IMG/VR virus record: IMGVR_UViG_3300021371_000013
Location: 6,712-70,711 of that record
Source of the DNA: a virus
Length of the DNA stretch: 64,000 nt
Reading direction: 5' to 3' (one strand)
Shown: positions 9,195 to 19,200 of the stretch, one piece after another
Position numbering within the stretch: the stretch's first letter is position 1
Layout: each line of letters begins with the position of its first letter
Program-made: the position numbers and the translations under genes
The notes under the pieces: model-generated
Database searches by the model: none
The model's input: the letters and a program-made list of their open reading frames with translations, nothing else
Told to the model about the DNA's origin: nothing

Positions 9195-10354
9195 TCGAAC
9201 AATACGCACTTTCTTGCGGCGTCAAAATTGATCGCCCATCAATCGAAACATCTTACTTTCCAGTTGTACCAGATAAGTACATCACACTACATGCAAGTAA
9301 TCGTATTCAATCAAAAACGTACGACTACTATAATGACGTGATGGATCTATTACATCCATACCTTGACAAGGAAAACATAAAGGTCGTACAAATTGGCAGT
9401 AAAGATGAACAAAAAATTGGAAGATGCACGCATCACCAAGGACAAACAACTGTTCGTCAAGCAGCATACATCATTAAAAACTCGATGCTTCATTTTGGCA
9501 CCGATTCATTTAGCACACATGTAGCAAGCGGCTTCGACAAAAAGATAGTAAATTTATATTCGGTATTATACAAAGAATGTTGTGGTCCATATTGGGGTGA
9601 TCGCGCAAGTCAAATTCTACTCGAACCAGATAGAACAAAAAGAAAAGCAAGTTTTTCTGATAATGAATATCCAAAAACAATCAACGAAATCAAGCCCGAG
9701 CAAATCGCGCAATCTGTATTAAAATTATTAAACATAAAAAACAATTTGCATAACATTGAAACATTTCATATTGGCGGCGCATATCATGCAGGCTCACTTG
9801 CTGTTGTTCCAAATTGCGTGCTTGGCAAAAGTTTTGCCGCAGGTCAACCCGCAAACATACTTGGCCACGAACATTTTGACGAACAGAATATCGCGCAATG
9901 GGCGTACACCCGCAAGGTGAATCTATTCCTCGACCAACCCATGCAAATCAACTATCTGCAAGCCATCAAAAACAATGTACATCAAATCAATTATTTTGTA
10001 CAACCAGATGACGACGATACATTCTTCAAAGCATGTAAAAAACTAGGTATAAAATTAAAACTAATATGCAAAGATAATGACATAATAAATGATGTACGAT
10101 TAAAGTTTTTCGATTGGGATGTACATTTTCTTGAACAAAAAACAAAAAATGATATTGACAATCATGATAAAATATGCAATAATACTCGTTATAAAAGCGC
10201 ACAAGTCATCGTATCAGATAATAAAATCTATGCCAGTAAAGCGGCATGGAAAAATGGTATCGAAGGAGAACACAATACCATTATCGACTGCGATGAATTT
10301 TGGGAAGACGCAATCAATCTAAAACTTTATAACGACAACAATCATGGCACGTAA
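9185..10354 (+). CDS. GT9-like glycosyltransferase C-lobe plus unknown domain
   Basis: KTYDYY, VVQIG, HFGTDSFSTHVASGFDKKIVNLY. Confidence 0.7.
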   Translation: MHLVEQYALSCGVKIDRPSIETSYFPVVPDKYITLHASNRIQSKTYDYYNDVMDLLHPYLDKENIKVVQIGSKDEQKIGRCTHHQGQTTVRQAAYIIKNSMLHFGTDSFSTHVASGFDKKIVNLYSVLYKECCGPYWGDRASQILLEPDRTKRKASFSDNEYPKTINEIKPEQIAQSVLKLLNIKNNLHNIETFHIGGAYHAGSLAVVPNCVLGKSFAAGQPANILGHEHFDEQNIAQWAYTRKVNLFLDQPMQINYLQAIKNNVHQINYFVQPDDDDTFFKACKKLGIKLKLICKDNDIINDVRLKFFDWDVHFLEQKTKNDIDNHDKICNNTRYKSAQVIVSDNKIYASKAAWKNGIEGEHNTIIDCDEFWEDAINLKLYNDNNHGT

Positions 10355-11183
10355 ATCACAATCAACATCAGACAATTCGGTAACATACGAATCAGAAATT
10401 CAAACAAAAGAATCAAAAGTAGAATATCCAAAAAATTACGCCGACGGCCCAGGCAAGTTTCAGCGCAATGCATTTGGATTGCTTGGTGATGTAGATTATG
10501 AGTTTGCCGAAGATGGTTCAGTAAACTGGAGAAGTATGATTAAGGATGAGCATTTATTTCCAAATCGCTCGTGGTTTGATTTGCGCAAAAAAGACTTACC
10601 ACGTAGTATAGATGGCTTAAAAGACCATCAACTACTCATCAAACTGAGTGGAATCAAAGAACTTGCAAAGCTTCGCGGTTTCACAGATGTATCTTACGAA
10701 GTTGTTAAATGTCAACCTGATCATGTTGCAGTAATTTGCCATATGAGCTTTCTACCCAATTACGAAACTGGAGGTAAGGCTGTTCAATTTCAAGACATGG
10801 CCAATGCTACTCTTGATAACACAAGTAGCTTTGCTACAAAGTTCCTAGAAACGATTGCATGTAATCGCGCATTCGTTCGTTGCGTTCGCAACTTTTTAAA
10901 CGTTCATATTGTAGGTGACGATGAGATCGACAAATCAAACAATCCAGGCGGAGGATCAAACAATTCATCATTAAACATTTCTCCATCACTTACTCCATAT
11001 TCAATGGTACAAAATCTAGCCAAAGAAAAATTAAATTGTTCTAATTTTGAAGAATTTAAAGTTATTCTAAGGGACTGGTGGAAAGACGGAAAATATCAAA
11101 ACGAAAAAGCCAAAGACTGGAATGACTTTGATGATATCTCGCCAACCGATGCGCGCATATTGATGCGTGAGATTAATGATTAA
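10344..11183 (+). CDS. hypothetical protein, possible ssDNA-annealing protein
   Basis: IKLSGIKELAKLRGF...ETIACNRAFVRCVR resembles the Rad52/RecT-like core; weak match. Confidence 0.4.
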   Translation: MARKSQSTSDNSVTYESEIQTKESKVEYPKNYADGPGKFQRNAFGLLGDVDYEFAEDGSVNWRSMIKDEHLFPNRSWFDLRKKDLPRSIDGLKDHQLLIKLSGIKELAKLRGFTDVSYEVVKCQPDHVAVICHMSFLPNYETGGKAVQFQDMANATLDNTSSFATKFLETIACNRAFVRCVRNFLNVHIVGDDEIDKSNNPGGGSNNSSLNISPSLTPYSMVQNLAKEKLNCSNFEEFKVILRDWWKDGKYQNEKAKDWNDFDDISPTDARILMREIND

Positions 11184-11682
11184 TTCTTTTTTCTATTGAA
11201 TCAATTATAGCCTGTTGCTCTTTTATCGCACCAACAAGCAAAGCGGTAATTTTCTCATATTTAATAGCCTTAAATCCGTTCCTCCTTGTCTCTACAATCT
11301 CTGGTACAATTTTTTCTACTTGCTGGGCAATTAAACCTATATCATGACCAGTATATGTTTCTTGCTTGTTATTCCAGTCGAACTCAATAGCCTCAAGTTG
11401 CAGAACCTTCTGTAAACAATTTTTTATAGGCTTTATGTTATCTTTTAATCTTTTATCAGAAAGACCAAATGCCACAACATCCCCGGTACAAAAAAGCCCG
11501 TTATCACAACCAACATAAAAAGCATTATCCTGTTCAGCGGTAATACCATCACCAATAACATGCACATTTTTTTTTGCATATATAGTATTATTACTTCCGT
11601 TTATTATGGTGCAATTTTCGCTGTCTTGAATTTTATTATTCAAGCCAGCAAGTATTAAATTATTTTGTGGATCAGGATTCAT
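11173..11682 (-). CDS. small fibre protein with intramolecular chaperone (Peptidase S74) domain
   Basis: SDKRLKDNIKPI...GLIAQQVEKIVPEIV...YEKITALLVGAIKE. Confidence 0.85.
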   Translation of the reverse strand: MNPDPQNNLILAGLNNKIQDSENCTIINGSNNTIYAKKNVHVIGDGITAEQDNAFYVGCDNGLFCTGDVVAFGLSDKRLKDNIKPIKNCLQKVLQLEAIEFDWNNKQETYTGHDIGLIAQQVEKIVPEIVETRRNGFKAIKYEKITALLVGAIKEQQAIIDSIEKRINH

Positions 11683-14600
11683 AGTTTATTTTTTCTTTTA
11701 TTTTGTTTATTTTTTCTTGAGATTCTTTTATAGAGCCAACAAGTAAAGCTGATATTTTTTCATACCTAATGGCCTTAAATCCACTTTTACGGGTTTCAAC
11801 TATTTCTGGACAGACCTTCTCTGCTTGTTGAGCTATTATACCTATATCGTGACCACGATATACATTCTGTTTATCGTTCCAATCAAATTGTATTGCACTC
11901 ATACCCAATACTCTCTCAAGACAATTATCGATAGGTTTTATATGCTCTTTTAATCTTTTGTCAGATATATGACTAGTAAAAACATCGCCACTACAATTTA
12001 GTTGCCCATACACAATCATTGCATGATTATCCTCAATGAAAGAAGATGTATTATTTTTTATTAATTGTCTATTTAAAGAAACCTGTATTACCGAACAAGA
12101 AACTCCAGATTCATGAGTTATCTTGAGCTTTTGTGAAGGCGTTTTAGATATAATAGGTATTTCAAAACTTGACTCTTGAGCAAGTTCGTGTCCAAATTTT
12201 TTCGAAAAAACGAGTGTATACGATATTTGAACATCTAATTCAATAACTTCCCAGTAAACATATTCATCGGGCTGCCCAGGAGGAACGTAAGGATCTGGAT
12301 TAATCCCTGAAGTTCCCGGTAACCATGATTTTCTTTGGTATATTCCATTAATAACGCGATAAATATAAGACTGATTAGATTCATCAATTGATTCTCCATT
12401 ATATGCAGAAGTTGTGGTAATCCTTTTTAAGGTGGAAGATATATTCTCAATAACCAAATCTACTCCATTGATTCTAATATTATCTCCAACTGAGAAATAC
12501 GGCGCTGGATCGAAATCTACATATATATAAACACCTCCATTATCAACCCAACCGTTAGTTATTGCACTTAATAAAGTATGATATACAACCTCACCATATT
12601 GATAAATTTTAGAAGCATCCCATTGTCCAGGAACTGGATTACCAGAATCAACATATTGAGAGCTTATTTGTGTATTTTCAATAATAACATTAAGTGACCC
12701 TCTTATCTTAATATTTAAATAATAAGTTACATTTGTAAACAGGTTGATATTCTGAGAGATGCTTCCCTGATTTTTAATTATACACAAGCCATCTTCAACC
12801 AATTCAACATCACCATCAACATTCCAGTCATTTAAATTTGTTGTAAAATAAGGGTTGGTTATTAATTCCGTTGTTTCTTTGTAGTAGTTTTTGGGCTCTA
12901 TTATTGAATATTCATTTGACGTATCAAATATAGGATTATTCTGAGAATAATCAACTATATAACCAAGATCATGCAAAAAAGCTGTACTTATTCTTGTCCA
13001 TGGAGCATATCCATCAAAATACGGAGTCATGATCTCTTCAGTGATGTATGGCTGTTCTACTGTTGTTCCATCTGGATTTGTATAGAGTCTATATTTTCTT
13101 CCGTCTGTAATTGAATCTGCAGGCAGTTCTGCCCAATGACCTCTCCAGGTTATATACATTACATAATCAAACGCTTGACCTATTGCAGAACTTGGAAAAT
13201 TTCCAGGAACATATGGAGCTAAAGACTCAGGTATTTTTACAATTAAATCTATATAATCTGTGTTATTACTAGGCTTCCAAGGATCATTCCAAAATCTAAA
13301 TTCAGGATCTTGTCCTGCTCCGTGAAAAATATAAAAACCATCTTCAAAACCTGGAGCCGACAATTGAGGCCAGTCGCCAGAATTCAAAACATATATAACT
13401 TGATCAACAATCTCAAATATTAATTGATCTGCACCTTCAGACAAGCTTAAAGATAAACTTGTGAAAGTTACTGGTATTTTTCTATTTGGGTCTATATTAT
13501 CAGGATCAGGATCTTCAGGCACATATAAAGTTTGAATAGGCAGCGAATCAAAATTTCCGCCAACCAATCGGTTATATTCCCTTACGGCGTTTTTACCTAT
13601 ATATTGCGCTCCATTTTCTTCAGTTAACCTAATAAAATTATTGCCTATGCTCGAACCCCAGATTACGTTCCAACCTCCACGACCTATGCCAAAAGCATGC
13701 GCTACCTCATGTAACATTGTCCAATAAAGTTTATTTTTATTTGGATATTCTGTTTTCTGTCTTAAATAATCTAAATCTAGCGGGTCTACCGCCATTCTAC
13801 CGCCAGTTGGCGTTACATAAAAACCATAATCACTTTTTGCATAATTAGGGTCCTCCCTAGTCCTTACATCAGTCGAAGCGAATGCAAGAGTTCCCCCTGA
13901 ACTAGAATACATGCTTGGTCCACTAGAAAAATCTATTACCCTTAGTTGATAACTGAAGGAACCGCTTAAACTTTCGCCATATCTATAACCATTTATATTT
14001 TTACTCTCCCACACTCCAGAATCTTCAATTATAACATTTTCAAAATAATCGCACATTCTTCTTAATGTATTCTTGTCATTCTGAGTGAGTGCGTTTTCTG
14101 TGTATTCAGAGTAATCTAAATTAACGGTCAATCTATTACTGCCAGGACTTGGAGCGGTTTCGTCAAAAACTAAATTCTGGTACCCGCCCATGTACCCATT
14201 GCTTAACGAGCAATAACTCATTTTCCCAAAGTCTCCTTCTATATGAACCACAACATCTCCGTAATAAAAATCATAATAATAACCACCAACATCCGCCCGG
14301 CCGGCAAAAAAAGATCCCCCATATCTAACAGGCTTATTTTTATTTATAAAAGCAATAGGATAAGATTGTGGAATGTTTGAAAAATAATATGTTCCTAAGT
14401 TTAATCCAAAAACTTCATTACTAGAAGAAAACCCATCAAAACTATATATATTACCGGAAGCGGATACATTAACATAAACCCTCTCCCAATTTAAAAAATC
14501 ATAAAATTCCTTAACTAAGTAACCTATAGACGGAGACATATCTAAATTTATTCCCTTGAATACATTAAAATATGTTTCCAAAGCATTAAGATTGTAAGAG

Positions 14601-14923
14601 GCCGACCAAACATAAAATAAGCCCTCAAAAATAACAACATCGCCCTGGTAATAATCTTGATCAGTATCCCACTGACCCATCAACCTTGATGCATCGTAAT
14701 TTACTAGCGGTAATGTTGCCTGTTTATTCTCCTCTTCGCTTCCAACAACATGGTGATTATAGCTTCCACCAACAACCAAATCATTAGAACCAACTAAACT
14801 ACATCTTCTTGAATTTATTAGTCTATTATCCTTGCCTCCGAGAACCAAATTTCCAGCACTAAGCCCTGCAAGAAGCGGGGATACATCTGCAGGAGCTAAT
14901 GATGGTGGCGGTTTTACTGGCAT
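11672..14923 (-). CDS. tail fibre/spike with leishmanolysin (M8)-like metallopeptidase and S74 chaperone
   Basis: HEVAHAFG, GHW, EIMTP, HDLGY; CBM5/12-like repeats; C-terminal SDKRLKE domain. Confidence 0.75.
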   Translation of the reverse strand: MPVKPPPSLAPADVSPLLAGLSAGNLVLGGKDNRLINSRRCSLVGSNDLVVGGSYNHHVVGSEEENKQATLPLVNYDASRLMGQWDTDQDYYQGDVVIFEGLFYVWSASYNLNALETYFNVFKGINLDMSPSIGYLVKEFYDFLNWERVYVNVSASGNIYSFDGFSSSNEVFGLNLGTYYFSNIPQSYPIAFINKNKPVRYGGSFFAGRADVGGYYYDFYYGDVVVHIEGDFGKMSYCSLSNGYMGGYQNLVFDETAPSPGSNRLTVNLDYSEYTENALTQNDKNTLRRMCDYFENVIIEDSGVWESKNINGYRYGESLSGSFSYQLRVIDFSSGPSMYSSSGGTLAFASTDVRTREDPNYAKSDYGFYVTPTGGRMAVDPLDLDYLRQKTEYPNKNKLYWTMLHEVAHAFGIGRGGWNVIWGSSIGNNFIRLTEENGAQYIGKNAVREYNRLVGGNFDSLPIQTLYVPEDPDPDNIDPNRKIPVTFTSLSLSLSEGADQLIFEIVDQVIYVLNSGDWPQLSAPGFEDGFYIFHGAGQDPEFRFWNDPWKPSNNTDYIDLIVKIPESLAPYVPGNFPSSAIGQAFDYVMYITWRGHWAELPADSITDGRKYRLYTNPDGTTVEQPYITEEIMTPYFDGYAPWTRISTAFLHDLGYIVDYSQNNPIFDTSNEYSIIEPKNYYKETTELITNPYFTTNLNDWNVDGDVELVEDGLCIIKNQGSISQNINLFTNVTYYLNIKIRGSLNVIIENTQISSQYVDSGNPVPGQWDASKIYQYGEVVYHTLLSAITNGWVDNGGVYIYVDFDPAPYFSVGDNIRINGVDLVIENISSTLKRITTTSAYNGESIDESNQSYIYRVINGIYQRKSWLPGTSGINPDPYVPPGQPDEYVYWEVIELDVQISYTLVFSKKFGHELAQESSFEIPIISKTPSQKLKITHESGVSCSVIQVSLNRQLIKNNTSSFIEDNHAMIVYGQLNCSGDVFTSHISDKRLKEHIKPIDNCLERVLGMSAIQFDWNDKQNVYRGHDIGIIAQQAEKVCPEIVETRKSGFKAIRYEKISALLVGSIKESQEKINKIKEKINYES

Positions 14924-14924
14924 A

Positions 14925-16253
14925 TTAATTTACAAGTTTATAGTATTTTGTTTTATATTCGTCAGATAATACACTAACGAACAACTCTCCAGATGTATTA
15001 ACAATTGCGGCACACATAGATGCTACCGATTGAGAGTAAAATAATACACATTGACGATTAGTATATGTACCAATTCTAGTCAACGATTCGGCTTCAATAC
15101 TCGCAGAATCAGCAAACCAGAAAAAATTTCCACCACCAAAAGAACTTGCATATTCTCTATTAAACCAACACCAGCCAACATTTGCACTAAGCTCTGGGAT
15201 TTCAAGAATTTTATTTTGTACATACATCCATATTCCGTCCGACAAAAAGTCTGGATAACCCAATTGCAAATCTCCAAAATTGTCATGAACTATTTGTCGA
15301 TTTGCATTTTCATTTAACAATGTAGCCCCTATAGAAAAACTAGCCTGCATATCAATCGCCTCAAGGTCGACGACTCCAAGGTTTTGCGCTTCTTGCCAGG
15401 ATATTTCCGTAAACAATGATCCCGAGCTTGAATTAAATCCATAATATTTTTCCATAGTATATTGATATATTATTGCAGAATAATCATCAGAGGTTGTATC
15501 AAGCCACTGAACCCAACCACTTTCAATATCTTTGAATTTATGCATATAAGTTAAAGAATTACGGACAGATTCTTCTTCTCCCAGAAATAATCTAGACGCA
15601 AACATCCACACACCAGAATCTTCTTGGCTCATAGAACCATTTTCAGCCATAAAAAACCAAAAGTTTTGCAAATTATCATTCAATAATGATATATATAACC
15701 AACCAAAAAATTCATGAAAAATCCAATTATTTTGCGCATCAAAATAAGCACCACTTCCAAACGCTCCACTTTCTCCCGCATTTGGCAAAAAAAACCAACT
15801 AGACTGAAACCAACCGCTCGTAAGATCTGTTGCATCAAAAACAGATTGCCTAGTGTTTTCTGCAGCACCAATATCTTGCGAAGATTGACCCACGGCAACT
15901 TGTTTTACCCTAATTACACTACTCCAATTATCTAAAAATCTACTATTATTCTGATCCCACGAAAAAAACCACGTGTTATCAATCAATCCATCATCATACA
16001 TTGCAGGATAAAAATATATTTCATATTCATAAAGATAACCTTCGCTATGTAAACCAACTATTTCAACATTTATATTATCCTGAACAATATATCCCTGATC
16101 AATTTCTTCGCTCGTTAATTCTTTTGAATATTTTCTTTTTATTCCAGAAACCTTTGGCGAATATATAGCAAAATCTGGATCAACAACAAAAGAGGGATAG
16201 TCCCCTTCACTAGGACCACCAGTTGAAGTTGGAAATAAAATTTGATTGGACAT
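14925..16253 (-). CDS. tail-associated protein with Trp-rich domains
   Basis: GWFQSSWF...NWIFHEFFGWLY; lies in the tail operon with TAATG coupling. Confidence 0.6.
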   Translation of the reverse strand: MSNQILFPTSTGGPSEGDYPSFVVDPDFAIYSPKVSGIKRKYSKELTSEEIDQGYIVQDNINVEIVGLHSEGYLYEYEIYFYPAMYDDGLIDNTWFFSWDQNNSRFLDNWSSVIRVKQVAVGQSSQDIGAAENTRQSVFDATDLTSGWFQSSWFFLPNAGESGAFGSGAYFDAQNNWIFHEFFGWLYISLLNDNLQNFWFFMAENGSMSQEDSGVWMFASRLFLGEEESVRNSLTYMHKFKDIESGWVQWLDTTSDDYSAIIYQYTMEKYYGFNSSSGSLFTEISWQEAQNLGVVDLEAIDMQASFSIGATLLNENANRQIVHDNFGDLQLGYPDFLSDGIWMYVQNKILEIPELSANVGWCWFNREYASSFGGGNFFWFADSASIEAESLTRIGTYTNRQCVLFYSQSVASMCAAIVNTSGELFVSVLSDEYKTKYYKLVN

Positions 16254-19200
16254 TATAATGTATAAATTATTTGATTATTTTGGCCCGCTAGAATAGCTTG
16301 ATTCGTACCGCCATTTATTACATTACTTTGCCCTGCTCCAATAAAATTAGAACCTTGATTATCTTCACCTCCTTTAGTCATTCTATTGTTGTATCCAGCA
16401 ACGATTGCAGAAAAATTATCCTTACAATCATTAGAATAACCATTTCCAATCATAGAAAATCTTCCTTCTATAGAATTACTACCCCCACCAATAATAGAAG
16501 AAGCTAAAGACTGATATGAATTAGCATTATTTGGATCACTTATAGCGTTAGCATAACCACCGCCCACAAATGTAGCAAGAGTGTCCTCTGGAGACCCGTA
16601 ATCTATTGACGATTGATCTACGGACAATTGAACTGCAATTTGTTCTTCGCTTGTATTGTTTACGCTAGCCCCCCTAATTTCCAACTTTCCACTACTAGAA
16701 TTAAACCTTATGTAAGATTTAACAAAACCCCCTCCAGGAAGACTTATGTCGGCCCCGTTTGACTGAACTCTACCCCCTACATCAAAATATGCAGAAGTAT
16801 TATCATACGTATTATCATACGCCAAAACAAATCCGGCTGGATTGTAATTTTCTGAAGTTGGAGGCGCGTCCCATTTACCAGGATCTTCATTACTTGTATC
16901 TATTAAACCTCCAATAAAACCATTCGATTTTATAGCTCCAGCTTTAGGCCCACCAATATTTAATTTATTTGTTATATAAGCTTCTTTGGTTAATAATATA
17001 TCAGTTGCTACATTATCTAATTCAGTACCAAAGTTTGTCCAATTTTGATCCCAATAATCGGAGTCGGCGATCCAATATGCATTAGTTAATATATATGCAG
17101 TTCCAAAAGTCGAATTATCATTAGAAAAACTATATTTCGTTGATGAAACTTTTTTTACCCAGTGAGGGGTTGTGCATATCCAATAATTATCACCACCACC
17201 AGTATCAAACTCAACTATATCACCTCGAGTATCGGTTTGCTCAAATTTTATAACGCCACCAACATCAAGTTCTTCTAGCAGGCTAGTCCAATTTCCTCGA
17301 TAAGTTGGCGTCCTACCATTTCTGCCAATATTACCATCTTTTAATGCTATTATTGTTATACTATCTGACGCAACGACGTCATCATCAACACTTATCTCTA
17401 CAGAATATGTCATTGGAGCAGGAACAACTCCATTTGTTGCAGATGAAGAGTTTTGAGTTAACTGGTACTGCGACTGGTTAGATATAACTGAACCATCTTT
17501 TTTCCATGCGTAGGTGTGGGTTGCCCCCTCTAGATTCCTTGGAGTCGCAGTTAATGTAAAATTTGCAGGATCTGCTATTAAATTATTTTCATTTACTGGA
17601 TCTACAGAATATCTTATTGCATAATGAGTTGAGGATAATTCTACAGTTACTGCGGTTTTTCCATCTTCTCCAATTTGTGCAACAGAAAATGTTTGTTTTT
17701 TACTGATTGAACCAAACACCTCCCCATTTAACTTAGTTCCTTGAATTGTGAATGTTATCGAAGCAGACTTTATAGCATGATCATCAATTGCGATATCTTC
17801 ATATATTATTTTGTTATTGACCAAATCTTCTTCCGGACTCGGGTCCTCAGTTATTCCAATAGTACTCTCATTGGTAACATAATAAGCACCTTTTTTATTA
17901 GTTAAATCATTGTAATCTGACTCAGGATACGGTTTTAATATTTGAGCCCCATCAAACACCTCTATATCTGTACCAGAATCAGTTGGGTCTAATTGAAGTG
18001 AGTTGTTAATAGAAATTTGACTCAATGTATGATTCTCATTACTTAATACGACACTAACCTCATTTGAACCATCTTCAACAACAATGAAAGTCATTTCATC
18101 AGAAACCGAAGGGCTAACAGTGCCCGCTTCTGTGGCAGCACCAATCTTTACCGTTAATTGACCTTCAGGAAAATCATTAAATTTTATTTTAACAATTTTA
18201 TTTTGTACATAATTTATGTTCCCACTTATTGTTTTAGGAATTTCATTATCATTAACATCATATATTTTTATATCATCAACATCCGACACCCACTGTATCC
18301 CTTTTGATGTATTTTGAACATCTGCGGTTATTATTATCTCATTATCCCCAATAGTGGATCCATATTTATTAACTTTAAATATTTGAGAGCTTGCGCTCAA
18401 TCTTATTGATTCTGCAGCTTTTCCATCTACTAATCTTGTAATAGAAGCCTTTTTCTGAAGGTCAGAATGCACACTGCTTACATATATAGTAATAAATTCA
18501 GAACCATTATTATTTGCATTAATATATTCATTAAATTTTGCAGCGCTCATGCTTATTGACGAAGACTTTAAACCATTAGAATCATTTAAAACTTGATTCC
18601 ACTCAAACCCATCTTGATCTAAATCGTCAAGCCTATACCAATCATCGCCGAGGTAATTTACAGCATCTACAGTTTGACCAACAGGCTTAATAGATACATT
18701 ATTTTCATCTTTAATTTTTATCAATATATGACTCGCGGACGTAACTGATGAATTTCTAAATGTTAAATCTATAGATACATCCGCTTGAGTTTGGTCAAGC
18801 TCAAACCCATCCTCTGTTTCAATATAACCAATAACACTAGAACTCAAGTCTATGTCAACAAAATCATAATCTTTATTGTTTTTCTGCCTCAATCTTCCCC
18901 TAATAGTCAATTCGTCTTCTTCAAACGAAAGACCCCCTCTGCCCTGTTGAAAAGCAAAACTACCATCCCCGCTCAAAACAAATCCATTAACGCTTTGATC
19001 AAGAACCCCTTGCTCAGATTCACTAAACTGTAACCCACTAAATCCTACACTAGCTATAGATCCATAGTTACTACTTTGGTTATCTCCACTATGAAATATT
19101 TCTATTCTATGACCTTTAATTTGACCAGCTGTTATTTTGTCGGCAGTCAATGTTTTTATTTTTGCATCAGTTATCGCAGCTTCAGAAATTTGAGCGGTAC

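Noticed and set aside
11173-12010. Duplicated S74 domains as a DGR template/variable repeat pair
   Set aside because: Both copies are coding, differences are not visibly adenine-specific, and no reverse transcriptase is in the window
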